DNA of 60,036 nt, from positions 1 through 60,036 of the forward strand of contig CAZHOH010000007.1 in NCBI GenBank assembly GCA_964534185.1, written 5' to 3'. Positions 17,702 to 26,563 of the stretch are shown here, piece after piece (position 1 is the stretch's first letter; each line of letters starts with the position of its first letter). The DNA is from Candidatus Woesearchaeota archaeon. Lineage in GTDB: Archaea; Nanobdellota; Nanobdellia; Pacearchaeales; GW2011-AR1. The notes beneath the pieces are model-generated. The model had not been told where the DNA came from and ran no database searches. It saw only the letters and a program-made list of their open reading frames with translations. The position numbers were made by a program, and so were the translations under genes.

Positions 17702-18034
17702 ATGGAAAAACAAGAAATGAAAAATGCAGAAGAAACTGGGAAAGTTATAGTTAGAGGCAGGCCTATTTCCCTTAGAGGAAGAAGGTTTGAAGGTTATGTT
17801 ATTCGAAAGTTTAACAAGAGAGTTACAATTGAATTCGTAAGAATGAAATTTATCAAGAAATATGAAAGATATACTAAGACTAAGACAAAGATACATGCCT
17901 ATCTTCCTGAAAGTATGAAAGAACAAATAGATATTGGTGATTATATCCAGGTTGCAGAGTGCCGCCCTATTAGTAAGATAGTAAATTTTATTGTAGAAAA
18001 GAAAATAAGGAGGGGCGGGGGCGAATCAGAATGA
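17702..18034 (+). CDS. rps17: 30S ribosomal protein S17
   Basis: RGRRFEG, KYERY, GD.I.VAECRPISK. Confidence 0.97.
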   Translation: MEKQEMKNAEETGKVIVRGRPISLRGRRFEGYVIRKFNKRVTIEFVRMKFIKKYERYTKTKTKIHAYLPESMKEQIDIGDYIQVAECRPISKIVNFIVEKKIRRGGGESE

Positions 18035-18432
18035 AAGCAATAAGCGCAAGAGGAACTCGAGGATTGAATTTAGGAAGTTTAGTTGAAGCTGCAGATAATA
18101 GTGGAGCGAGAGTTGTGAAAATTGTGTCAATTAAAAAAGGTAAAACTTCAAAGAAAAGACAGGGTTATGCCAAAATTGCTGACTGGGTTAAAGTCAGTGT
18201 AAGAAAGGGGAAGCCGGAGATGAAAGGGGAGGTTTTTGACGCAGTGGTTGTTAGAATAAAAAAACCCTATAAAAGAAAGACAGGAGAAAGAATTGCATTT
18301 GCAGATAATGCTGTTGCTCTTCTTAAAGATGAAAAAGGGAATCCAAAGGGGACGCAGATAAAGGGTCCTATTGCAAGAGAAGTTATGGAAAGATGGGCTC
18401 AAGTTGCTAAAATTTCGAGGATATCAGTATGA
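18031..18432 (+). CDS. rpl14: 50S ribosomal protein L14
   Basis: ADNSGA, FADNAVALL, PKGTQIKGPIARE. Confidence 0.98.
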   Translation: MKAISARGTRGLNLGSLVEAADNSGARVVKIVSIKKGKTSKKRQGYAKIADWVKVSVRKGKPEMKGEVFDAVVVRIKKPYKRKTGERIAFADNAVALLKDEKGNPKGTQIKGPIAREVMERWAQVAKISRISV

Positions 18433-18905
18433 AACAGGAATTTTCAAAATCATGGGTAGGAAGTTCACAAGTTCGGAAGCAAAGAAAGTATCGAGCTAAT
18501 GCTCCTCTTCATGTAAAACGGAAAATGATTTCAGGACATTTGAATAAAGAACTAAATAAGAAATATGGAAAACGAAGTTTTCCAATTGTTAAAGGAGATG
18601 AGGTAAAAATTATGAAAGGGTCATTTAAAGGAAAGGAGGGTAAAATTAGTGTAGTTGATACTAAAAGAGGAAGGGTTGCTGTAGAGAATATTCAGAGAAA
18701 GAAAAAAGATGGGACTAAAATAAATGTATGGTTTGATGGTTCTAATCTTCAAATTCAGACTTTGAAATTAGATGACAAGAAAAGAGTTAAAAGGCTTGGA
18801 AACAAGACTGAAAAAGAGGTAAAGAAAGAGGCTGTAAAAAAGAAAGAAGAAAAACCTAAATCAACAAAGGTTAAAAATGTACACAATAAGGCAAACAATA
18901 AGTAA
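18429..18905 (+). CDS. rpl24: 50S ribosomal protein L24
   Basis: RKQRKY, APLH, KGDEVKIMKG KOW motif. Confidence 0.96.
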   Translation: MKQEFSKSWVGSSQVRKQRKYRANAPLHVKRKMISGHLNKELNKKYGKRSFPIVKGDEVKIMKGSFKGKEGKISVVDTKRGRVAVENIQRKKKDGTKINVWFDGSNLQIQTLKLDDKKRVKRLGNKTEKEVKKEAVKKKEEKPKSTKVKNVHNKANNK

Positions 18906-19524
18906 AACTTGGCCAATACCTAGGAAAGGAACTAAATATGTAGTTGTAGCTAGTCATGAAAAAGAATTGGGAGCGCCTCTTTTGATTGTTATGAGAGATT
19001 TGCTTGAGTTTGTTAAGACAAGAAAGGAGTTAAAGAGGATAATTAATGAGAAAAGAATTTATGTTGATGGAGTGTTGGTTAAAGATGAGAAACAAACTCT
19101 TGCACTTTTTGATGTGTTGAGTTTCAAAGATTCTGATACAGGTTATAGAATTACCTTTTCTAAGAGTGGGAAGTTAAATGCTAAGGAAATTAAAAATAAG
19201 GAATTTGGGAGTAAAATTTCAAAAGTTATTGGAAAAAAGATTCTTCGTGGAGGCAAAACGCAGATAAATTTTATGGATGGGAGGAATTTATTTTCTAATG
19301 AGAAAGTGAAGGTTGGAGATTCTGTTAAAATTGATTTTGCTAATAAAAAGATTGTTGAGACTCTCCCTATTAAGAAGGGTTCTGAGATTATGATTATTAA
19401 AGGGAAGCATAGAGGCAAAGCAGGGAATGTTTTGGAGATGAGAGATGAGGAAAATGAAGTTATTGTTAAAGTTGATGAAAGAGATTTAAAGATTAAAGAG
19501 GAGGAGTTAATTGTGATTGGATAA
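18877..19524 (+). CDS. rps4e: 30S ribosomal protein S4e
   Basis: WPIPRKG, PLLIVMRDLL, VDG, DGRN, KOW GKHRG. Confidence 0.94.
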   Translation: MYTIRQTISKTWPIPRKGTKYVVVASHEKELGAPLLIVMRDLLEFVKTRKELKRIINEKRIYVDGVLVKDEKQTLALFDVLSFKDSDTGYRITFSKSGKLNAKEIKNKEFGSKISKVIGKKILRGGKTQINFMDGRNLFSNEKVKVGDSVKIDFANKKIVETLPIKKGSEIMIIKGKHRGKAGNVLEMRDEENEVIVKVDERDLKIKEEELIVIG

Positions 19525-19525
19525 A

Positions 19526-20038
19526 ATGGAAACTCAACAAATGAATAAGTCTCGGAATATTAAGATAGAAAAAGTCGTACTTTCTTGTGGTGGAGTAAAG
19601 GAAGAACTTGAAAAGGAGTTTAAATTGCTTAAGAAAATCAGTAAAAAACAGCCGACTAAAAAAATTTCCAGAAAGAGGATTCCAGGATTTAGTGTAAGGC
19701 CGGGATTAGAGGTAGGTTGCATGGTTACTTTAAGAGGTAAAGAAGCTGGAGAACTGCTTGGAAGATTGTTGAGTGCGATTGATAATCAACTAAGTAAAAA
19801 GCAAATTGCAGATAATCATTTTTCATTTGGGATTAAAGAATATATTGAAATCCCGGGAGAAGAGTATGACAGAGAGATTGGAATTATTGGGTTTAAAATT
19901 ACAGTTGTATTTTCAAGACACGGGAAGAGAGTGCAAAGAAAAAACATTAAGAAAGGCAAGCTTCCTGAAAAACAGAAGATTCCTCGAGAGGAAATAATTA
20001 AATTTATGGAAGACAATTTCCAAACAGAGATAGAATGA
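19526..20038 (+). CDS. rpl5: 50S ribosomal protein L5
   Basis: [27 protein letters not shown]; ATG at 19526 preferred over TTG at 19517. Confidence 0.97.
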   Translation: METQQMNKSRNIKIEKVVLSCGGVKEELEKEFKLLKKISKKQPTKKISRKRIPGFSVRPGLEVGCMVTLRGKEAGELLGRLLSAIDNQLSKKQIADNHFSFGIKEYIEIPGEEYDREIGIIGFKITVVFSRHGKRVQRKNIKKGKLPEKQKIPREEIIKFMEDNFQTEIE

Positions 20039-20265
20039 CTGCAAGTGATTGGAGAAAGTTGTATAGGCAATTGAGAAGCAAACCAGAAGTTGCTAAGAAA
20101 TTTCTTAAGCACAATAAACCAAAAGACAGAAAGACTGGAATTGCCAAATACAAATGTGAGAGATGCGGAAGATTTGGTGCAAGAGTGAGTCAGTACGGGC
20201 TTAATTTTTGCAGGCAGTGTTTTAGAGAGATTGCAGAGGAAATTGGGTTTAAAAAATATAGTTAG
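20035..20265 (+). CDS. rps14: 30S ribosomal protein S14 (Zn-binding, N-terminally extended)
   Basis: CERCG...[17 protein letters not shown]. Confidence 0.96.
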   Translation: MTASDWRKLYRQLRSKPEVAKKFLKHNKPKDRKTGIAKYKCERCGRFGARVSQYGLNFCRQCFREIAEEIGFKKYS

Positions 20266-20273
20266 GAGAAAAA

Positions 20274-20648
20274 ATGTCACAAGATTTAATTGCAGATACT
20301 TTGAATGAAATGTTGAATGCTAAGAAAGCAGGAAAGGAAAAAGTAGTTGTAGATAGGCATTCTAAATTGCTAATCAAGATACTTGAGATTGCTAAGAAAG
20401 AAAGTTATGTTAAAGATTTTAAAATTGATGGCTTGAAACTGGAGATAGTGTTAGGAGAGTTAATTGATTGTAAGGCGATTAAACCAAGATTTTATGTAAC
20501 TAAAGAAAGTGTTGAAAAGTATCGAAGGAGATATTTGCCTGCGAGAAATGTGGGGATTATGATAGTCTCAACAGATCAAGGATTAATGACGTATTCAGAA
20601 CTAAATGAAAAACAAATTGGAGGATGTTTGATAGCATATTTTTACTAA
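20274..20648 (+). CDS. rps8: 30S ribosomal protein S8
   Basis: AIKPRF, YLPARNVG, STDQGLMT, IGG.LIAY.Y. Confidence 0.97.
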   Translation: MSQDLIADTLNEMLNAKKAGKEKVVVDRHSKLLIKILEIAKKESYVKDFKIDGLKLEIVLGELIDCKAIKPRFYVTKESVEKYRRRYLPARNVGIMIVSTDQGLMTYSELNEKQIGGCLIAYFY

Positions 20649-21196
20649 TGAAATCAGATATTATAGAAAAGATTGAAATTCCAGAAGGAGTAGAAGTGAG
20701 TATTAGTGGTAAGACTATTCAAGTTAAAAATGGAGATGAAGAACTTTCCAGGAAGTTAAATTTCAAAGGTGTGGAGATAAAGAAAGAGGATAATTCGGTT
20801 GTGCTTGAAGCTAAGAATGCTACAAAAAGAGAGAGTAAAATGTTGTATACTTCAAGAGCACATATTAATAATATGCTCAAAGGAGTTTCTGAAGGATTTA
20901 ACTACAAACTTGAGATTGTTTATGCACACTTTCCAATAACTGTGGAAGTTAATAATGAACAGAAGGTTCTGACAATAAAGAATTTTCTTGGAGAGAAAAA
21001 AGTTCGTGAGGCAGCAATACTCTCAAATGTTGATGTTAAAGTTGAAGGAAATAATCTTATTGTTGAATCTTATGACAAAGAAAATGCAGGACAGACTGCT
21101 GCGAATATTGAAAAGGCAACATGGGTTAGGTCAAAAGACAGACGAAAATTTCAGGATGGAATTTATATTGTTGAAAAGAATGGGAGGGCAATATGA
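20648..21196 (+). CDS. rpl6: 50S ribosomal protein L6
   Basis: IPEGV, YAHFP, NFLGEK, DRRKFQDGIYI; start by TAATG coupling at 20648. Confidence 0.97.
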   Translation: MKSDIIEKIEIPEGVEVSISGKTIQVKNGDEELSRKLNFKGVEIKKEDNSVVLEAKNATKRESKMLYTSRAHINNMLKGVSEGFNYKLEIVYAHFPITVEVNNEQKVLTIKNFLGEKKVREAAILSNVDVKVEGNNLIVESYDKENAGQTAANIEKATWVRSKDRRKFQDGIYIVEKNGRAI

Positions 21197-21585
21197 TTAA
21201 AAAATTGAAGAAAAAATTCCTAAGAAGAAATACAGGAGATTATTCTCGGTTAGGCAGGGGCAGAAAAAAACTTCAGAAATGGAGGAAGCCTAAAGGGATT
21301 GATAATAAAATGAGACTTAAAGAACGCGGGAGGCCGAGTGTTGTTTCTGTTGGATATAAACAACCAGCAAGTGAAAGAAATAAATTAAATGGGAAAGAAA
21401 TTGTTAGAGTAGAGAGTGTTTCTGATTTGAAAAAAGTTGGGAAAGGGCAAATTGGAATTCTTGCAAAAGTTGGGAAGAAAAAGAAAATGGAGATTGCAAA
21501 GGAAATTGAGAAAGAAAAAGTTGAAATGACTAATTTTGATTTTAAAAAATTTTTAAAGGAAGAAAAAAATGAAACTAAATCTTAA
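21193..21585 (+). CDS. rpl32e: 50S ribosomal protein L32e
   Basis: KFLR, WRKPKGIDNKMR, VGY. Confidence 0.95.
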   Translation: MIKKLKKKFLRRNTGDYSRLGRGRKKLQKWRKPKGIDNKMRLKERGRPSVVSVGYKQPASERNKLNGKEIVRVESVSDLKKVGKGQIGILAKVGKKKKMEIAKEIEKEKVEMTNFDFKKFLKEEKNETKS

Positions 21586-21964
21586 GAAAAATCTTGCAGC
21601 AAAGACTCTGAATGTTGGAAAAGAAAGAATCATCTTTGATAGTCAGAGACTTGAAGAAATAAAGGAAGCAATTACAAAGCAAGATATTCGGGATTTGGTT
21701 GCAAACAAGGCCATCCTTGTTAAAGAGCCTATGGGAAGAAGAAAAAATGTTAAAAGGAAAACAAGAAGAAGAGTTGGAAAAATAAAGAAAAAGGTTAAAA
21801 ATGCAAAACAAGAGTATGTTAAGATTACACGAAAACTAAGAAAATTTGTTAAGAATCTGAAAGATAAAGAAAGAATTTCGAGTGAGGATTATAAGGATTT
21901 GAGAAAGCAAATAAGAAATAGGAAATTTAGAAGCCAATCACAATTAAAGGAGAATTTAGGTTAA
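21569..21964 (+). CDS. rpl19e: 50S ribosomal protein L19e (shortened)
   Basis: LAA..LNVGKERI, AITKQDIRDLV. Confidence 0.94.
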   Translation: MKLNLKKNLAAKTLNVGKERIIFDSQRLEEIKEAITKQDIRDLVANKAILVKEPMGRRKNVKRKTRRRVGKIKKKVKNAKQEYVKITRKLRKFVKNLKDKERISSEDYKDLRKQIRNRKFRSQSQLKENLG

Positions 21965-21965
21965 G

Positions 21966-22460
21966 ATGAAAACATTAAGAAGAAGGAAAAGAGAAGGAAA
22001 GACAGATTATAGGCAAAGAATTGGATTGCTGAAGTCTGGACTTCCAAGAGTTGTAGTAAGGAAAACTAACAGTTATATTGTTATTCAGTATGTTAAAAGC
22101 CAAGAAGCAAAAGATAGTGTTGTTTATGGAACAACATCAAAAGAGCTTCTTAAGTATGGCTGGCCGGGGGATTCAACAGGCTCTTTGAAATCATTACCTG
22201 CAGCTTATTTGACGGGATATTTGGCTGGTAAAATGATATTAAGTAAGGAAAAAAAGGCAAAAGCTGTTTTGGATATTGGTTTGCATAAGAATATTTCTGG
22301 CGGAAGAATATATTCTGCACTTAAGGGGCTTGTTGATGCAGGCATTGATATTGTGTATGATAAAAAGATATTTCCTGACGAAGAGAGAATTACGGGAAAA
22401 CACTTAAATGAAAAACTTCATGAGATTTTCAGTAAAGTTAAACAAAATATAGAAAAATAA
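21966..22460 (+). CDS. rpl18: 50S ribosomal protein L18
   Basis: RREGKT-type motif (RRKREGKTDY), RVVVRKTN, AAYLTG, LDIG. Confidence 0.97.
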   Translation: MKTLRRRKREGKTDYRQRIGLLKSGLPRVVVRKTNSYIVIQYVKSQEAKDSVVYGTTSKELLKYGWPGDSTGSLKSLPAAYLTGYLAGKMILSKEKKAKAVLDIGLHKNISGGRIYSALKGLVDAGIDIVYDKKIFPDEERITGKHLNEKLHEIFSKVKQNIEK

Positions 22461-22461
22461 A

Positions 22462-23229
22462 ATGGAAGAAGAAAAACAAAAAGTTGAACAAGAACAGGGT
22501 GTCCAAAAGGACAGTTTTGGAAAAGAGAGTTCAGTAGGAAAAGAAGCTCCACAAACTGACAGAAGGCCTAAAAGAAAGACACCAGAAGAGTTAAGGGTGG
22601 AACATCTTTCATCTTGGGTTCCGAAAACAAAACTTGGTAAGCTTGTTAAAGATGGCAAGATAAAAAACATTGATGAGATATTGGACAAAAATATGAAAAT
22701 ACTTGAGCCTGAGATAGTTGATAGTCTTATGAAACTTGAAGAGGACTTGTTGTTTGTTGGACAATCAAAAGGGAAGTTTGGTGGGGGTAAAAGAAGGGCT
22801 TGGAGGCAGGCACAGAAAAAGACTAAGGAGGGAAATATTATTACATTTTCAGCTTTGGCTGTTGTTGGTGATAAAAACGGACATGTTGGGATTGGAATTG
22901 GGAAGGCAAAAGAAACCCTACCTGCTCGTGAAAAGGCATTAAGAAAAGCAAAATTGAATATGATGAAAGTTAAAAGAGGTTCTGGAAGTTTTGAGGGAAG
23001 TTCAACAGAGCCCCATAGTCTTCCATTGAGAGTTTCTGGAAAGTGTGGTAGTTCGAGAATTATCTTGCATCCTGCACCTCAAGGAACAGGATTAGTTATT
23101 GGAGATGAAGGAAAGAAAATATTAAGATTGGCAGGAATTGAAGATATATATAGTAATTCATTTGGGCAGACTAAAACGACATTAAATTATTCCAAAGCAA
23201 TTATGGATGCTCTTAAAAAATTAAAATGA
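22462..23229 (+). CDS. rps5: 30S ribosomal protein S5
   Basis: WVPKTKLG, EPEIVD, VVGD.NG.VG.G, PAPQGTG. Confidence 0.97.
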   Translation: MEEEKQKVEQEQGVQKDSFGKESSVGKEAPQTDRRPKRKTPEELRVEHLSSWVPKTKLGKLVKDGKIKNIDEILDKNMKILEPEIVDSLMKLEEDLLFVGQSKGKFGGGKRRAWRQAQKKTKEGNIITFSALAVVGDKNGHVGIGIGKAKETLPAREKALRKAKLNMMKVKRGSGSFEGSSTEPHSLPLRVSGKCGSSRIILHPAPQGTGLVIGDEGKKILRLAGIEDIYSNSFGQTKTTLNYSKAIMDALKKLK

Positions 23230-23639
23230 AAATTGTAGTAAGAATAACAGGACAAGTAGACAATAATGCGAAAGTAAATGAAACTCTTTCTCGAATGAGA
23301 TTGAGGAGGAAATATTCTTGTGTTTTGATAAATGAAACTCCGGAAAATATGGGGATGATAAAAAGTGTAAGGAATTTTGTTGCTTATGGAGATGTTGATG
23401 AAAAAATATTGAAAGAGTTGATTCAAAAGAGGGGTAAATCTGAGGACGGCACTAAAATTGATATTGACAAAGTTGTTAAGAATATTTTAGAAAATAAAAG
23501 TATGAAAGAGAGTGGGATAAAGCCATTTTTCAGACTACATCCACCGTTAAAAGGAATTAATTCAAAACAGCATTTTCCTAGAGGAGTTTTAGGGGATCAC
23601 AAAGAAAAAATAAAGGATTTGATAAGGAGGATGTTATGA
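23226..23639 (+). CDS. rpl30: 50S ribosomal protein L30
   Basis: VVRITG, TL..MRL, FRLHPP.KG, LIRRM. Confidence 0.96.
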   Translation: MKIVVRITGQVDNNAKVNETLSRMRLRRKYSCVLINETPENMGMIKSVRNFVAYGDVDEKILKELIQKRGKSEDGTKIDIDKVVKNILENKSMKESGIKPFFRLHPPLKGINSKQHFPRGVLGDHKEKIKDLIRRML

Positions 23640-24079
23640 AAAAGAAAAGAAGGAAATTTTCAAGGATGCGAGGCAGTCATACTCACGGTACTGGTTTTAT
23701 GAAAAAAGCTCGAGGTAGTGGGCATCGGGGAGGTTTTGGAAATTCTGGAACGGGTAAAAGAGGAGATCAGAAAAAAACCAAGATTCTTAATATGGAGACA
23801 AAATATTTTGGAAAGCCTTCACTAAAAGCAAAACCTAAAAATTATAAAGTGATTAATGTTGGTAATCTTGAATATGTTGCAAAAGGAAAAAAAGAACTTG
23901 ATTTGAAAAGATATAAAATCCTTGGAAAAGGGGATATAAAGAGTGCAATTAATGTTAATGCTTCAATGGCTTCAAAAAGTGCAATTGAAAAAATTGAAAA
24001 TGCTGGTGGCAAGGTTTTGCTTCCAGAGATGAAGGTTAAAAAGGAAAAATCAAAGAATGGCTCTGAAGGATCTGCTTAA
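23636..24079 (+). CDS. rpl15: 50S ribosomal protein L15
   Basis: RGSHTHG, GHRGGFG, KILGKG, AIEKIE.AGG. Confidence 0.97.
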   Translation: MKKKRRKFSRMRGSHTHGTGFMKKARGSGHRGGFGNSGTGKRGDQKKTKILNMETKYFGKPSLKAKPKNYKVINVGNLEYVAKGKKELDLKRYKILGKGDIKSAINVNASMASKSAIEKIENAGGKVLLPEMKVKKEKSKNGSEGSA

Positions 24080-25451
24080 ACACTTACCAGAAGTAAGAAG
24101 TCCTGATGAAAAAAAACTTGACTTTAAAGTTAAGCTTAAATGGACTCTTATAATTTTGATTTCTTTTTTTGTGTTAGCAAATATTCCTTTATATGGGTTG
24201 TCAAATAATGCTCTTCAAAGATTTGAGAATTTGGCTGTTTTGCTTGGAACAGACTTTGGGAGTATTATCTCTTTAGGAATCGGGCCAATTGTTATGGCTT
24301 CGATTATTTTACAGTTGTTAGTTGGAAGTCAGATTTTGAATATTGATACTTCAACACCTGAAGGTAAAAAATATTTTCAGGGCTTGCAGAAATTGTTGGT
24401 ATTGTTTTTTATAGTTTTCGAGGCAATGGTTTATGTTTTAATGAGAGGGTTAGAGGCTACACCAGGATATACTTGGATTGTTATTTTTCAACTTTGTCTT
24501 GGAGGTTTAGCTATTTTATTTATGGATGAAATTTCTCATAAATGGGGTTTTGGCTCTGGTGTTTCGTTGTTTATTGCAGCAGGTATTAGCTGGAGATTGT
24601 TTACGACATTATTTCAGTTTACAAGTGCTGAAGGAGGCAATTGTTTAGTTGGATTTTTTTCAAGCTCTGGAACTGAGTGTGCTGGAAGGGTTTTGGTTTT
24701 AATTCGGGCATTAGTTTTAGGAAATACAGATACTGCACTTCTTGCAGCAGCTGCAATCTTGGTTACTGCACTTATATTTTCGGGCATTGTTTGGATGCAA
24801 TCTTTGAAAGTTGAAATTCCATTATCTTATGATAGGATTCGGGGTTATGGGATGAAATGGCCTTTGGCGTTTTTTTATACTTCTGTTATACCTGTTATTT
24901 TAGTTTCTGCTCTTGCTGCAAATATTCAGTTAGGTGCAAGTTTATTAGAAAATTGGCTTGGACACCCGACAATACTTGGGGGGTTTTCGCAAGGTGTTCC
25001 GATTTCAGGGCTTGCATCGTGGATAAACGGAACTAATTTATTGGATGCCATCTTGACAAATAGTTTTACTAATTTTATGATTTGGCAAAGTTTGGGGCAT
25101 ACGTTATTTTATGTATTCTTTAGCACTTTATTTGCTGTTTTTTGGGTTAAGACTAGTGGGATGGACGCTGAAAGTCAAGCAAAGAATATTATGAAATCGG
25201 GTTTGACAATTCCTGGATTTAGAAAAGACCAGAGAATTTTAGAGAGTGTTTTATCAAGATATATATTTCCATTGACAATAATGGGTGGTGCTGCGATTGG
25301 TTTGGTTGCATCTTTTTCAAATTTGGTTGGAACTCTTGTTGGGGGAACTGCGATTTTATTGGTAATTATGGTGATGTATCAGTTTTATCAGAATATTGCA
25401 CAACAACATTCGATGGATATGTTCCCTGCTTTGAAGAAGATGATTAAATAA
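24057..25451 (+). CDS. secY: Preprotein translocase subunit SecY
   Basis: KLKWT, LGIGPIV.ASII, KWGFGSGVSLFI, IPGFR. Confidence 0.98.
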   Translation: MALKDLLKHLPEVRSPDEKKLDFKVKLKWTLIILISFFVLANIPLYGLSNNALQRFENLAVLLGTDFGSIISLGIGPIVMASIILQLLVGSQILNIDTSTPEGKKYFQGLQKLLVLFFIVFEAMVYVLMRGLEATPGYTWIVIFQLCLGGLAILFMDEISHKWGFGSGVSLFIAAGISWRLFTTLFQFTSAEGGNCLVGFFSSSGTECAGRVLVLIRALVLGNTDTALLAAAAILVTALIFSGIVWMQSLKVEIPLSYDRIRGYGMKWPLAFFYTSVIPVILVSALAANIQLGASLLENWLGHPTILGGFSQGVPISGLASWINGTNLLDAILTNSFTNFMIWQSLGHTLFYVFFSTLFAVFWVKTSGMDAESQAKNIMKSGLTIPGFRKDQRILESVLSRYIFPLTIMGGAAIGLVASFSNLVGTLVGGTAILLVIMVMYQFYQNIAQQHSMDMFPALKKMIK

Positions 25452-25485
25452 GTAATTTTATAAAAGAGGTTTTGCTTAAGATAAA

Positions 25486-26022
25486 ATGGATAAACATGGA
25501 AATTTGAAGCCGGTTTTTATTGTTATGGCTGTTTCTTTAATTATTGCATATTTCTGGGATAGTTTGCCTTATATTAAAGAGTTTGTTCATGCTATCTTAG
25601 ATCCAAGTGCAGGGGTTCTTTTGAATTTGGATAAACTATGGGGGATGGTGATAATTGTTTTAATAATAACTATTTTTATGACGCTTGTTCAAAAGTATGC
25701 TACTGATCAGAAAGAATTGAAGCAGATAAAAGAAGACCAGAAAGAACTTCAAAAAGAAATCCAGAAATATAAAGAACACCCAGAGAAGATGATGGAACTT
25801 CAGAAAAAGCAATTAGAATTTATTCCTAAAACATTTCGGCTTACTTTAAGACCTATAATATTCACAGGTATTCCTTTGATTATATTTTTTAGGTGGTTTG
25901 GAGATTATTTTGCCCAATTTCCAGATTATAAGTTCTTAGGACTTATGCCTTGGATTGTATTTTATATTCTTGTTTCTATAGTTTTTAGTATAATTTTAAG
26001 AAAAATATTTAAAGTGTATTAG
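25486..26022 (+). CDS. DUF106 / EMC3-TMCO1-like membrane insertase
   Basis: TM, coiled coil, then RP..FT.IP; W...YIL; usual position after secY. Confidence 0.88.
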   Translation: MDKHGNLKPVFIVMAVSLIIAYFWDSLPYIKEFVHAILDPSAGVLLNLDKLWGMVIIVLIITIFMTLVQKYATDQKELKQIKEDQKELQKEIQKYKEHPEKMMELQKKQLEFIPKTFRLTLRPIIFTGIPLIIFFRWFGDYFAQFPDYKFLGLMPWIVFYILVSIVFSIILRKIFKVY

Positions 26023-26033
26023 GGAGTTGGAGT

Positions 26034-26435
26034 ATGGTAAATATTGATAAAAAGCAAGAGTATTTGATAAAATTGCAGTCTTTTGAACAGCAGGCTAATC
26101 AGTTGGGCGAGCAGTTTCAAGCTGTTGAGCAGCAAATTAATGAGCTTGATAAACTAAAAGAAGACTTAAATGGATTGAAAAATTCGGCAGAGAAAGAAGT
26201 TTATACTGATTTTGGAAAAGGGATTTTTGTTAAGGCAAAACTTGACAAGGAGGATTTATTGGTAGATGTTGGGGATAAAGTTTTCGTGCCTAAAAGTTTT
26301 GAGGATATTTCAGAAACAATTGATGTGCAGAAAAAGAAATTTGAGGAAGTCAAAGATAATATCGGGAAGAATATTGAAGAGATAAATAAAAAAGTTAATG
26401 AGTTGATTAATTCAGAACATTTGAATGAGAAGTAA
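26034..26435 (+). CDS. pfdA: Prefoldin subunit alpha
   Basis: Two coiled coils around G.GIFVKA and LLVDVG..VFV hairpins. Confidence 0.92.
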   Translation: MVNIDKKQEYLIKLQSFEQQANQLGEQFQAVEQQINELDKLKEDLNGLKNSAEKEVYTDFGKGIFVKAKLDKEDLLVDVGDKVFVPKSFEDISETIDVQKKKFEEVKDNIGKNIEEINKKVNELINSEHLNEK

Positions 26436-26563
26436 TTGGCTTAGTTTCCTTGACTATCAATCTCCCAGAGATACTTTCTTATGCAGGTTATAACAATAAA
26501 TAAGATTTCCTCTCACACACCTTCCTAAAAATAGACAACAAAATTGTCTTGAGGATAAAAAGA

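Noticed and set aside
19816-20280. 154-aa - strand ORF and other short antisense or alternate-frame ORFs across the ribosomal and GT clusters
   Set aside because: Fully overlap well-supported genes; F/L/S/I-rich composition expected from the reverse of Lys/Glu codons
26436-26563. 128-nt gap between convergent pfdA and R15P isomerase with an AGACAA/TTGTCT hairpin and SD-like GGAAGGTG on the minus strand
   Set aside because: Only ORFs of 19 codons or fewer; most simply a terminator region
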